A stretch of DNA of 63,351 nucleotides, counting the filler, from Pelomyxa schiedti (Eukaryota > Protista > Evosea): NCBI GenBank assembly GCA_020536535.1. It is 5 parts of 5 records of this genome, joined end to end, with 100 filler letters (N's around TTAATTAATTAA, not from the genome) between each part and the next. Parts side by side here need not be neighbours in the genome. Positions count along the whole stretch, not along the records: positions 26,591 to 41,299 come from JAHLWZ010000765.1; positions 41,400 to 57,081 come from JAHLWZ010001151.1; 3 more parts are not named here. One strand, 5' to 3'. Below are positions 40,845 through 53,602 of this stretch, one piece after another. The position numbers were made by a program, and so were the translations under genes. Position 1 is the stretch's first letter, and every line of letters begins with the position of its first letter. A model generated the notes under the pieces. That model did not search any database and was not told where the DNA came from. It saw nothing but the letters and a program-made list of their open reading frames with translations.

Positions 40845-42264
40845 AAAGATGGAATCGTCGCCAACCCATACCACAGGATTTTTAACCCATTCCCTCATTT
40901 TTGGCCATGATGAGGGAGAAAGAGAAAACCTGGTGTGAGGCAGCAAACTGGGGTAAATACAAAAAAGACCAGTTTCCTGAGTGACAACAAGAAACACATG
41001 TGATGGTGACACACGACGTTCAGAACGAAACCATCTTTTTGATGGTTTTCGGCGTCTTGTCAAAAAAAGCTGTTTTTTTTTGGAATTCCAAAGTCACAAC
41101 AGGCCTGTTGGTGATGGTGGTGGTTGTGAGGGAGAGGAGGCAGAAGGGGGTGTGGAGGATGTTATTGCAGGAGCGAGTGACGACAGCCACTGCGTGATGG
41201 TGTGGTCCACTTGGTCCCGTGTAATCACACTCGCAAGAGTTTCTTCACTTGGTGCGGAGGAGGAAAGTGCAATGGAAGCTGATGTGCAGCAACAATGCAN
41301 NNNNNNNNNNNNNNNNNNNNNNNNNNNNNNNNNNNNNNNNNNNTTAATTAATTAANNNNNNNNNNNNNNNNNNNNNNNNNNNNNNNNNNNNNNNNNNNNC
41401 ACTCGTGTCCCCACACCCGTTGCACCGTTCCCCTCACCCACGGCCGTCGTCACTGTGCCTGCACCCATCTCTGCCCCCATTTCCGCACCACCCGTCATCG
41501 TGGTCGCAGCGGTTGCACCCGTCCCCACGGCCGCGATACCCACAGTCACACCCGTTGCCATGGTTGCACTTGTCACAGCCCCCCTCATCGTGGTTGTTGT
41601 TGCTCCCGTTGGTTTGTTGTGCCCCATCACTGGTTTTTTTTTTATTTATTTATTTATTTTTTTTTTAAATCCTTCGTACCAACCTTACAGCTCCCACAAG
41701 GTCCGAAGTAAGCCCATTGTGATTGCCTATGACAAAGGAGCAGGACCAGACCTTTCCGAGTGTGGAAAGTAACGTAGGCACTGACCCCAAAAAAAAAAGG
41801 GCGGAGGTTTTTCCAGGAATCTGAGAGGAAAAAAAAACCTCCGCCCATTGACCCAGATATGTAGTGATCCCAGGTCCGGAGACACCCTGGACGTGACGCA
41901 GTCGGTTGCCCACCGCTGCAGAGGAACGAAGAAGAACCTCTGCGTCCGGTGGCAATAACCCCACACGAGCCTGATTGCCAATGACGATGGACTTGTCGTG
42001 CACCATGATGAGGAGGAGGATGAGTTGGACCCATCACCACCACGATACCACGGAGCGCCACAGCAGCGGGTGTGACATCAACAGCCACTTGTAGCTCTCA
42101 CCATAAGGAAGCAATCACTGAGAAAGTGCCACACAGATCTCTGCCCTGTACAGAACGTCGCAGGGAGGCCTTGCAGGGCGCATTTGCTTTGCTGTGTTGC
42201 CAAAATACAAACATAGTTCGAGTGAATTGAAGCATTTGAGGAAACAAGTAGTGTTGTACACTAT

Positions 42265-45200
42265 CTAGCTGGAATTGTGGTCTGAATTTTCCGGGTCACT
42301 GCTGGAACTGAGGCTTTCCATCTCTATTTCGTCTGGTTTTGGTCGAGGCTTGTGCCTGTGCTCATCTTTGTGCTTGTGGTGTCCGTTCCCATGATGCCGG
42401 TGGTGCGAACTTGACCTGCGCTTGTTTTTGTTGTGTCGGTGCCTGTGCCGGTGCCTGTGTATGTGATGATGGGATTCCTTGCTCTCTTGTGTCTCGTCCA
42501 AATCTGCCAGCATAGACTTCAACACTGACACGATCTTGAAGAACTCGGGCCTGTGGTTGGGGTTCTCGTCCCAGCATTGCCTGATGAGATCCGCGTACTG
42601 CTCAGGGCAGTCATCTGGTATTATGGGACGCATGCCAGACGACACTTTCTGTGGAATTTCCCAAACTACAGTGTCAGTCCAGGGCTCTTCATGTGTCCAC
42701 ATTTGGTGAAGACATGAGCCCATGCTATATACGTCCACCTAAAAGTTCCTTGAATCCAAGGGGATGGGTTTTTTATGTGGGAGGCTGTGTACCTTTGTAT
42801 TGTACATTTTCGTGGTAAAATACTCTGGGGCCTTTTTTTTGTGGGGGGGTTATCATGGTGTGTTGGAAGAATGTTAAACTACCATGTAAATCAAGGTGCC
42901 GGCTCGATTTGTGTACTTACGCACGATTTCAGGATCATCTATATGCCTTGCTGTTCCAAAGTCTTTTGCTTTCTTAGTTACCAAAAACCTTTAAGTGGTA
43001 CATACCACAAAGCTTGCACGTCACTTGAGCTTCCGGCAGTGTTGATACAACAAGCACGTTTGAGCATTTCTTGGGAGTGTTAGATAATCATTTGTACGAC
43101 TGAAAGGTACTAAATCACGGTAAATGAAATTGTTGCTATGAAGATAAGCCACCGCTTCTGCAATGTTGGTGGCAAATTTAAGCAGGAGAGAATACGGGAT
43201 ATCAACTCCGGACGTGAGAAACTTGCCCAAGTTTCCATTGGGAATAAGTTCGGTGCAAATACAAAGTTTTCCTTCAAGGTATTCTAAACTAGGAAGAGTA
43301 TTGAGAAATCAAACCTGGTACATAACAAGCGCCTATGTAGCCCTGTGAATATCAGCTTGAATTAGGGAGTAAACAAGCGCTTACCACAATATAAGGGTGG
43401 TGAAGTCCAGCCATGACATCACACTCATTGACGAATTCATTCCTTTCACACTCCTGAAGGTCACCTTGGTTTTTCAAAACCTTTACAGCAATAATTTGTG
43501 CCCTGTATCGACCTTTGTAAACTGACCCAAAGGCTCCAGATGCTATTGGAGCTGTATGCAACTGTCAGAAAAAAGAGGACACCAAAAAAATCACCTGGAT
43601 CCAGCTTTATCTCAGCGGGATCAAGCCTTGTAGATAATGCCCCATCAAGGTTGACATCAAACAGTATAGGTTTGCCCATTGTTATACCGATGTTGTCCAG
43701 AACATCAAGTTTGATTGGTAAAGTGAAATGGGTGGTATACATAAGGCAAACTTTAATGCTGACTGTGATTGCACTTCCAGGATTTATAACGCCTCGGCCT
43801 GGTCTGATGTCGAATTGTACTGTGTCCGGAATATCAGGTACACTGAAGATAAATGATATAGGCTTTTTTTTTGCGGAGAGTGTAATTCTATCCTCTTTCC
43901 ATTCCAGAATAGGTGTTTTTACTTTTGAAGAGTTTCCAAACGCCAACACAGTGTGGTTTACTTCCACATTGTACTCTTTAAGTAATCCTTGTACTTCAGC
44001 CTCATCAAAATGTAGGCCTTCAAATTCGTTGGGAGGGGTGAACTGGGCAGGTTCATTTAAGGCAGATAACTTTTTGGCCCGTTTCTGTTTAAGCCAGCAC
44101 CATGAGAAGATAGTGACCGCCGTACACACTAGTGCAAGCACTACAATGCCCATTATGGCAGTAAATACTCGTCCCAATATTGGCATTTCCCTTCGACTAG
44201 TTTTGTATTGAACAACAAAACCCGTTCCTGCAGTGGCGTAATCAGCCTGCAGAACAAGTGCAATTCTTTTAGATCGTATGCTCAGGGGAGTAGCATTCAG
44301 TCCACTGAGAGACGTAATCAATCCATCAGGGGGTAAGTTGGAAACTGAGTTAATTTCTGCATCAGGTTCGATACGATATATAGATAAGCTGTCAGAGTAG
44401 TCAACTGAGAAAGAAAGGAAGTCCAAATCAATGGTCCAAAAATCTCCTGGGGGAGTGATCATCCAGATACAAGATGTGGAAGGTATGTATGTGCGGGACT
44501 GCTCGTGTTCGGGAAGTGGATTGTCACTCTGGAGAACACCACTAGAATTGAATACTTCATGAAACCCGCTGCAACCGCGGGAGCAGTCAAACCAGAAATG
44601 GGAGTCCAGACAAGAGCAGGTTGAAGTATCTACGTTACACTCCCCATATCCGAGTTCCGAGTGGCAGGTATTTGTTTTGTCCTCTCCGCACTCAATGTCT
44701 GTGAATCCGCAGCTGCCCCAATCTGTGACCCATAAATCCGGGAAATGGAACGAAAGAAACTAACCCTTAATTATAAACGGAATAGAAAACAAAGAATACG
44801 ACAGAGAATCTGATTCACGAGTATTAGTTATTCACAGCACGAATATCAAGGCATACCAGAGGATACATCAACTTGATACAGACCTGGCCAGAGAAACATA
44901 TTTGCAGTCCTGTTTGATGCACTAATATCGCTATCTCTTCCTGGGTCGTTTTCAGCCAGTGCAGAAGTTGTCCAAGTTGAGAGAAACCGCCACTCGGGAT
45001 GATAATGCCAAGTTAAATCAAGAACTCCATACCAGGCATAGTTAACTGCAAGTATACCCTCTATGTAAGCCCTGCAATAGTGTAAGTAAAAAGAGAAGGC
45101 AAAAGAGCATTAACGGTATGAAGTATGAAGCAACTAATTGTTCCTGAGGACATATTTCAATTTTCGCAAGTTCAAATTGGATAGCACAGTATGTACCGGT

Positions 45201-45886
45201 CCAAGTGCCATTGCATAAACATTCCCCAAGGAGATATTCGCAAACGCCACCGTGGTCTCCACAGTGAGAGGAACACCCTGGCAAAGCACATTCCCAGGCG
45301 AGAGAGGCACTCAGTATGCTTGCGTTGAATGAGTCCTGATTGAATTCCAAGCCGGTCAAGGCAAGATACAGATCCACAGATGCAGTGAAAGCAGCATCAC
45401 AAACAAGAGAGAGTACAAACGAGGAGGGATCACTCGAAATTACTCCGGTTCCCGGCGCATCCAGGGTGAATTCTGTGGCCCCAACATTCTGGCCATCAAC
45501 TGTCCCAGCAGCTTCCGTGATTCCAAGTGAGGCAAACATGCTATAGCTTACATTTGAGTGACCAATTGAGCTGCTGTTCCACCACCAAGTCATTGTCACA
45601 TTCTGTACTCCAGCAGACACAAAAGAAGGTTTTCTCTCATAGTGGTTCACTGTGGCCAAGAAAGGTTCCTGCACCTCTCCACAGACTATGACGTCACCCA
45701 CAACCTCCTGAGTGACCATTCCCACAAATAAAACTATTAGAACCCTATCCATCCAACAGAACAACAACATACATTGGAGTCGTAGTCATAGTAATGGGCC
45801 TGGATGTTCAACCCACAATCGCGGGCGAGCGAGTCCCCATTAAACACACTTAGCAGGGAGAACACGGCGAACAACGGCCAGTACAT
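42265..45886 (-). CDS. Receptor-like transmembrane kinase: signal peptide, EGF-like, CUB-like, TM, TKL kinase, His-rich tail
   Basis: MYWPLFAVFSLLSVFNG signal peptide. CGDHGGVC...CLCNGTWTGTYC (EGF-like). CIWMI...LQADYATAGTGFVVQY (CUB-like). TM VFTAIMGIVVLALVCTAVTIFSW. Kinase GAFGSVY, AVK, YRDL and DVYSMG. Confidence 0.88.
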
Positions 45887-45969
45887 CGAACTGAACTTGT
45901 GATTGATGGGGGCAGGGAAAAACCTCAGATTGATTTCCCCTAACTCCAGGATGAATCAGAAATTGAGCG

Positions 45970-45977
45970 TCCCATAA
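45970..45977 (+). promoter_or_regulatory. DUSE-like element TCCCATAA
   Basis: Matches WCCCAYAA. Lies 61-63 nt before a structured element, close to the spacing at the U1 genes. Confidence 0.5.
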
Positions 45978-46030
45978 GCCTCCTCACAGGAAACTCCTGA
46001 TGGCAATCACACATACCAAGGGAGAAAAAT

Positions 46031-46180
46031 TACCCTCACCATCGGATGGCGCTGCGAATTGATACTTTGTAACAACTCGTATGATACTCCTCTTCATGTG
46101 GAGCCAATGATGTTACAAAGTGGAATCACGACTAAATTGATACCAACCACAGCGATTGGGACCGACACCCTTTGAGGGTA
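46031..46180 (+). ncRNA. Candidate unidentified structured ncRNA (~150 nt)
   Basis: Nested stems TACCCTCA/TGAGGGTA, TCGG/CCGA, CGCTG/CAGCG and ACTTTGTAACA/TGTTACAAAGT. DUSE-like motif upstream and T-rich 3' flank. Intergenic. Confidence 0.5.
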
Positions 46181-46388
46181 AGTTCTTTGTTTTTATCTTT
46201 ATTTTTATTTGTTTTTTGATTGTTAGTTGGAATGTTTGGTGATCCGAATAAAACAATTGGTCATTAGAGGAACAAACAGTGTTAGGGAAGTGCCAAAAAC
46301 ACAATTGGGTGGGTGTTTGTAGTGGTGTTTGTCTGGGGCACCACCGTTGTTGGGTTACATTTAAGAAGGTGGTGGTGGTTTGTGCTTA

Positions 46389-49300
46389 TTATGTTTTGGA
46401 GTTGATTGTTGGTAGTAGGTCAATGGTGGCAATAAAGGGTGGCCTGAGGGCCATCTTGGTGGCCCAGCATGCTGTGATAAGGTCTCTCCATTTGGCAGTG
46501 AGCTATTGAAGTGGTAAGAATGAAGCTGGCGATTAAGAATTCGGGGAAACTACCCCAGATGGAAGCGGGGGTCTCTCGTCAGACACAAGTATTTTCTGGG
46601 TTATCTAAAGGCAGCTAATTAGTTGCTAATTTGGGGAACAGGAATCATACTTGCTCTTTAGTGAGTCCAGAGAAAGGTACTTTGCCGCTGACCAGCTCAT
46701 AGAGTATAAGGCCATAACTGTATACATCAGCCCTTTCATCATACTCCTGACCACCAATCATTTCGGGTGGCATCCACTGCACATGCCCCAAAGTGAATAA
46801 AGAGATCATTCAATCAAATAATTGTGAAAGGCTGGGTGAGATACAGCAAAAGTGCCAACAGCTCCAGTGAGAACAGCATTTTCAGACTTAACCCGTGCTA
46901 AGCCAACATCGCATACCTTGCAATGTTCACCTTTTTCATCCAGGAGAATGTCTGTACTTGGTTAAGTTAACGCGTTTGTGACCTGTCAAAACGTACTGGC
47001 ACTTTTCAAGTCTCTATGGATGATGGGGGGTTTACTGTTGTGGAGATAAGCCATTGCTTTGGCCATATCGAGTGCAAAAGTTTGGCGCTGTTGAGGTGAC
47101 GGAATTATCCTTTTCTTGTATCTATGTAACCAATATTGATTAAATAAGAACTTTCGTTCAAGAACATACAACAAGTCAAAGAGGCTACCACCAACCATGA
47201 ACTCGGAAACCTGTTTGGGACTATCAACGACAATAAAAGTATTGAAGTCTCACCATAGCAAGAACCGGGGCTATAGATGCGCCAAGGAATAGAACGAGCT
47301 GTGGGTGATGAAGAGAGCGCAGGATGCTTACTTCCTTCGAGAATATTGCAATCTCTTGGGGGGACGCGGTGTCTCCACCCTTTAGAGTCTTGACAGCAAC
47401 CTCTGTGCCTCTCCAACGACCTCTGAATACCTTTTCCACAACTTAGTTTGATTGTATGGCCAAGTTGGGCATACCCGTCCAAAACCACCTTCCCCAATTT
47501 GGTCCTGGAGCTCTAATTCGCTGAAGTCGATCTGCCAGTTTGGACGTTCGTTCTTAAGATGATCAAGACGTCTTTGTGGTTTCAGTCAGGTGGTCAGATT
47601 AAAGATTATTATTATATTGTCTGTCACCTTTGGGCTTCCAAATGGCGCTCTTTCCTCTTCAATTCTTCCTGTGCATGTATCATTTTTTGCAGTCTCATAA
47701 ATGGAATACTTGTTTTTTTTCTAATTCTAGTTCGGCCTCATGCAGTGCAATAATTTTCTCTTGTAAAGCTTGGTCTACATTTGTCTCCCCAACCGGAAAT
47801 ACTGTGGTAAGTCCTCCTTGCATTCCCAATTGCACACCCCCCAAGACTCCTGGCTGCATCATGATATTAGGCTGTAGTCCACCCATTGCTTGCATTCCCA
47901 TCATAGGTCCAATCCCTCCTTGAGCAAACTGCATTTGTTGATACAAGAGTTGCTGTTGAGTGAGTTGAGGAGGTTGTTGGGCAAGCTGGTGATGTTGTTG
48001 GAGGAGTTGTGGAGGTTGTGGTGTTGGTTGAGTTGATTGTGGTGTGTGTTGAGGTCGTGATGAAGATTGTGGTTCGGTGGTTTGTGCTGGGGGATCTGTC
48101 GAAGTTGCGGGCAAAGCTGGGGCATCAGGTTTTTTCCACTGTGTAGAATTAGGATACAGGAGGAAGGAGAAAAAGAACCTGTGACTTCCTTGTATGTACA
48201 TTTACATAATAATATTTTCCAGACACTTTATCAAACCCAAGCTTCCACCCAGACGGAAGGGTTGCCAAATCGGGGTGTGCAGAAGGGGGGCTTGCACTTG
48301 CTGCCGCCGTTCCATTAGAAGCAGTCGTTGGTGTTACAGAGCCAAGTGGTGTGACAGGTGGAATAATAAGAGCAGGTGTTGTCGATTCCGGTTTGTCTTT
48401 CTTTCCCTGTGAAAATCAATAAAAATGAGTTCTAAATTGATGGCACCATGTACAGAAGAAAGGTGAAGTCTTTTTTTGGCTGCATATAGGAATCCCTTGA
48501 AATTTTTATTAGTAACACGTCAAAGTTACACATAGGGTTCGGTGAATTACATGCTTTTTCTTATCCTGAATATACATTAGAAAGATGTTAATACATTTAT
48601 AAATCAATGTTACCTCTTCAACAACCTTGACGGCAGGTGTAGATGGGGTCTTGCAGAGAAAAGAAGATTTAGAGAAAGTTTAAAATATTTCTAATTACCG
48701 GTGTGTTGTTGGAAACTGTTTCAGAACTGGACTTTGGAGTGACCTGGTGTTTTAGTAAGATGATATAGAGAGGACTGGGTAGACCCTAAAAGCAACCTCA
48801 TTATATGGGGTAGCTCCTGGCACTCCAGGGAGTGGGTGCGTGTCGGAGACTGCCAGAATTACAATTTGAGATGCAGGGACAAGCCCTTTTTCCTTGCCTA
48901 GAATTCCCTCGATCCAACCTTCCTTGTACACAGATACAAGATGAATTTTATCTCCCTTGTTGAATTCCAACAGTACGTCGTTACCTGAGAGGAAGACAGG
49001 TGAGGACACATTGCCACTCCCGAAGTACAACAACTTGCCTCGTTGGTCTTGAGTTGCCTTTCCCTTTAGGAAAAAAGACTCCATTGAGCCCTCCTGAGTC
49101 GCTTCAGGGATTTCAGCGGATAGGTTCATAAATTCGGCATTTTCTATAAGGAGCCGTACAAACATATTCGCAGCATCTCGTTGCAGTGTGGGATTTTGCG
49201 GTGCGGGTGATGGAGCAGAAGCTCCAGATTGTGAATGGGATGGAGGACGGAGGAAGAAGGGCATGAATACAGAAACAAGGGTATCGAGTTGTATCCCTGT

Positions 49301-51626
49301 TGCAGACAAAAATGCACACAGTTTACATATGATACTCCGAGGAATTGGAGGCAGCTTGATAATAAGAATGCGAGCTTGGTGGGATCTGTGTGCTGTATGT
49401 GGTATACAAGCTATCCGCAATGCTAAGGTTGTAAGAACGTTGTTTCAATTCTCTTCAAAGAGGGAAGGAACCTGTATGGAAGTAACTTGGTGGCACAAGT
49501 GGGTGCGGCAACATTTTTAAGTATAATATAAGAACAGCAGCTACAATCTATATGCCAAATCAGTGGATAACCAGAAATCTGCGCCATTACTTGTGGAGTG
49601 GTAACAGCATCTATCGGTGAAGGCATTGCACTTGTTGAATCAAATTCTTCCAAAGCCACTTTAAGCCTTTGAACGTCAGGGTGGGTTGTGTCCATGGAGA
49701 AAAGCTCATCTCGGTTGACTGTATCTTTGCTTAAATACTCAATGCATTTGCTTATTACATATGGCATAGTGGAGCCTGGGATTACTGCCTGTGCAAGGGT
49801 TCGTCCAAATTCATTCTGATATTGACGAAGGTCAATGAGGAAAAAAAAAAAGTTGCTGTGTGGAATACAAAACGGACCACAGATTTTTTGATGGGCTCTT
49901 CAACTGGTGTGGACGTGAGTGGAATATCTTGGGGGGAGCAATGTTCTTGGGGAGTAGCAGGAATTGTAGGATCGTTTGGGGCAGTATGTGTAACGGGCAC
50001 TTCAGAGGATAGATTTGGCTTTATCTCAATGTTGTGAAGAGTGGGAATTGTGATTGGAGAAGAATGTGGTGAGTCATAGTGTGCTATTCCAGGTATTGCT
50101 TGTGGAGAAGTCCCTAAAGAGGTAGCTAATCTTGGCTCAGTATCAACTGAAATGGATGCAAAAGATTCCACCATAGATCCAGATTCACTGCTTGACACTT
50201 TACTCTGCAGATCTTAGTAGGGGAGGGGAAAGAAATGACATACCTCTTCCAACTGGAGTTTAGAGGAAGATGACAAATTATCTGGTGAACACATTGAGTG
50301 ACTGGTGATTATTTCCAACTTACCAATCAGCATTTGTTGTAGTTTCTTGTTAGCACAGGATAAAGGCGTTCTGCCTGCACTGTTCTTGAGAGATTGGTCA
50401 GCTCCATGTTGAATAAGGAACTGAGATATTTCAAAATGATTTAAGCGACAAGCAATATGCAGGGGAGTGTCCTGTAATTGTGTTATTGAAGACAATGATA
50501 AGGGATTATACCATCTACAGAGTGTATTGGTGTGGAACAAAGAAAGAATTTGTATCATTGAAAGTAAAATTGGAAGAAGGAACATACTCTCTGCACTGTG
50601 GTGAGAAGAAGCAAGGAGAAGAGAAAATACCGGCTGCACAAAACCAGGGTAAATGGAAAAATATGAAATCAGTTCCAAAACACAGATAGATAGGTTTATT
50701 CATGATGTATTAATAACAGAAAACTTGAAGCATACCCCCTAGAGAGGGATTAAGATGAAGAAGGAGTTTGAAAGGCCTACATTCTAAAAAAGAGTTAGAT
50801 TGAAAAAGAAATTTAGAGAAATGACCTTGAACTACACAAAAAGTGTGGGAGCAAATTATTTTGGTGTCAAATGATTGTCAATTTTGTATTCTTGGTTTTT
50901 GTTTGACTTTTTTTTTGTGGAAAGAGTGTTGTGAATACCCACTACCGAAGTTAGAAATGTTTTTTCCAGGGAAAAAAAACTTGCTTACTTGCTAAAGTTG
51001 TCCCAATAGATGGAGAATGAAGAAAAAAGAGAAGAAAGAAGTTAAATAGAGGAATATAGAGAATATGATGACTCACATCCTGATGGATAGTGAAAAGGAA
51101 TATGGGAGTAAAGTGAGGTACACACAGGCTACACAGGGAAAAAATGAGTTACAGTAGAAGGAGGAAAGTTAGACTCAGCAAGTAAGGAGGGATGAATAAA
51201 CAGAATAAGTGATACCAGCTGTAACCACAGTTAGGTTTCAATAACCAAATTGCATTTGCACACCTGCTACTTGATGTTAATTCAAGAAGAGAAGCACAAT
51301 AAGAATAAGAAGAAGACGAAAGGGGACAAAAAAAAAAAAAAAAAAAATTTTTTTTTTACAGTGTTCAAGTTGTCACCCCTAGTGATGCAGGCGAGTATCT
51401 TCTGCAAGTTATTCTTCTGAGCATAAGTGTGCAGAGCGTAAGGGGGTGAATCCAGCGCAGAGGCGTCACTACACGCGCTGCTGCCGTCGTGGTGATCGAC
51501 GCACGCCACGCCCGTGCTGCCACCGCTACTACCGACGCCCGCACCGCCTCCACCACCACCAACTACGCACGACGCAGATCCCGCCGTTGATTTTACGGGA
51601 GCCACTCCCGTAGTGAACGTTGCCAT
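46389..51626 (-). CDS. Ankyrin + RhoGAP-like + SH3 + WW + TKL kinase multidomain protein
   Basis: DTPLHIACRLNH (ankyrin). MPYVISKCIEYL (RhoGAP). LEFNKGDKI...GWIEG...GLVP (SH3). LPSGWKLGFD..GKYYYVN...TQWKKP (WW). Kinase VAVK, HRDLKS, CDVGLAR and APE. Confidence 0.85.
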
Positions 51627-51855
51627 CCGTGTCGATGACGAGTTCCCTGAAACTGGCTGATGATCGGTTCCGGGAAGAAGATCCCTCTCTGACTAGGCAG
51701 GTGTGTAAGTCCCTCTGACGATCAGAGGGTGTGGGTAACATGAGGAAACTTGAGGTGTGTACCAGTAGGATGCTTGGCCGGATGCACACCTTGAAGATTC
51801 GCCTTCGTTTCGGGCACAGTTGCGTGTAGATATTAATTAAAACGCGCCGTGGTGC

Positions 51856-53371
51856 ATGTCTGGGAGAGGGGGCAAAGCCAAGGGCAAGGGCAAAGCAGCC
51901 ACGTCGGCATCCGCCGACATCAACAACGGCAGCGCCAAGAACAAGAACAAGAGCAGCCAGAGGCGCGGGGGGGCCCGGGCCCAGGCGGTCGCGGACATGA
52001 GCGACGCCGACTCGTCGGCCGGGGAGGAGGCCACGAGGAGGGAGGCGGGCAGGAAGCGGCGCAGCGTCGACACCACAGCGGAAAAGGAACGCCTGGTGGA
52101 GCGCGAAATCCGTAAATCGTGGGTTTCTTTTTTTCTTTTTTTTTTTTTTTTTTTTTTTTGGTGGTAGTGGTGCTGGTGTTGTGTGATTCCACAGAGAAGG
52201 TTATGGGATGCTCCTTGTATTGGTGTCCTTTTGGTGTCCTTTGTGGGTTCCATTTGTTGGTTGTTTTCTTTGTGTCTTACGGTTTTCTTACAGAGGAAAA
52301 GGCTCGCCAAAAAAAACGAAATCTGCCCGTCCAAAGATTACATTAACGAGTTACACTTGCACGGCATTCCGTAAACACCCTACTGAAATTCAAAAGGGTG
52401 ATGGCAGGAAACTGAAGCTTATTCACGCTGGTTATTTACCCAGTTCCACATTTCTGACTAACTTTGAGACTTTCTGGTGTCACCTACAGTTATCAAGCAA
52501 TTCAAGGAACGAGAGGATAGGGATCCAACACTCCTTGCCCTACATCGAATTGCAATCGGGAAAATAACCAGGAAAACTAGTATAAAGGTATCTTTGCTAA
52601 ATTCTCCCTTACAGGGGTTCAATTTTGTTGTAGGCTAATCTTCTTGGATTCAGTGGCCTTGTATATGGGGCTGAGATGACGAAAGAATCCGTGGAAACGA
52701 GCCTGAAAGCCTGTTGTACTTCACGTTTACAGGATATGTGTACAGTGCTAGGGATCAGCGCAGAGGGCTCCAAGGGCGATCTTGTTAAGAAGTTGGTGAA
52801 CTTTCTGGAGAAACCAAAAGGATCAGCATACAGAGAGAGGGATCCCGAGAGAGACAAAGCGGAGAAACGCAGAAAACGGGAAGAATCCCAACCCCCACCG
52901 GCTGCTAGGGTTAGTGATTCAGGCTTGTAGAGTCATCTGCACTCACCCTTTGTATAGAAAGCCAAGAAACTGCGCATATCTGGGCCCATTACCCCGTTTA
53001 TTCTGTTCTCTCAGGAAGTGAGGTGATTATGCACGAGTGTTTTTATCATTGTTAACCTTCTCATCAGGGATGGAATGAAGGCGCAATTCCCGTCCATTGG
53101 ACCTGTTGCCCTGGCTAAAAAAATCTCCGATTTGTGGAGAGGCATGGATGATCAGCAAAAGCAGCGATGGGAAACCCAAGCAGAACAAATAACTGGCAAG
53201 AAAGCAGTGAAGGAGCGAGCTGAGATAGAAGAAGAGAAGGAAAAGAAAAAGAAGGAAGCACGGCTTGCTGCCATAACTAGAAGACGGGCCAAACGTGATG
53301 CCAAGAAACCCGCCCCAAGACCATCATTGACTATGGGCAAAAAGAGAATCAAAATGCCCAAAAGAAAGTGA
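51856..53371 (+). CDS. DEK-like (SAP-type) chromatin protein with a C-terminal HMG box
   Basis: LLALHRI...IKANLLGFSG...RLQDMCTVLGISAEGSKGDLVKKLVNFLEKP is DEK-like. PITPFILFSQEVR...AKKISDLWRGMDDQQKQRWE is an HMG box. Confidence 0.75.
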
Positions 53372-53602
53372 TAGCACACAACCCCCAGTCTTATTGTTGT
53401 CAAGTCTTTTTTTTTAACAATTTTTCGCGGCCACAACTTGTCCGAAATTCGACCAGCCACTTGGCAACTTGGGTCCGACAAGATAATCTCCAAAACATTC
53501 CCAGAATCGACACCCCGTTTGGAGCAGCACTTGACACACCGTCGCACCGAACGTTGTTGTCGCACAACCCACTCAGCGGCTTCACCTCGCCAAATAGGAG
53601 AA

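Noticed and set aside
41400-42190. Minus-strand gene with an in-frame TGA (possible selenocysteine or readthrough)
   Set aside because: No consistent model, no selenoprotein homology and no SECIS seen. It is cut by a contig end and is more likely a degenerate gene.
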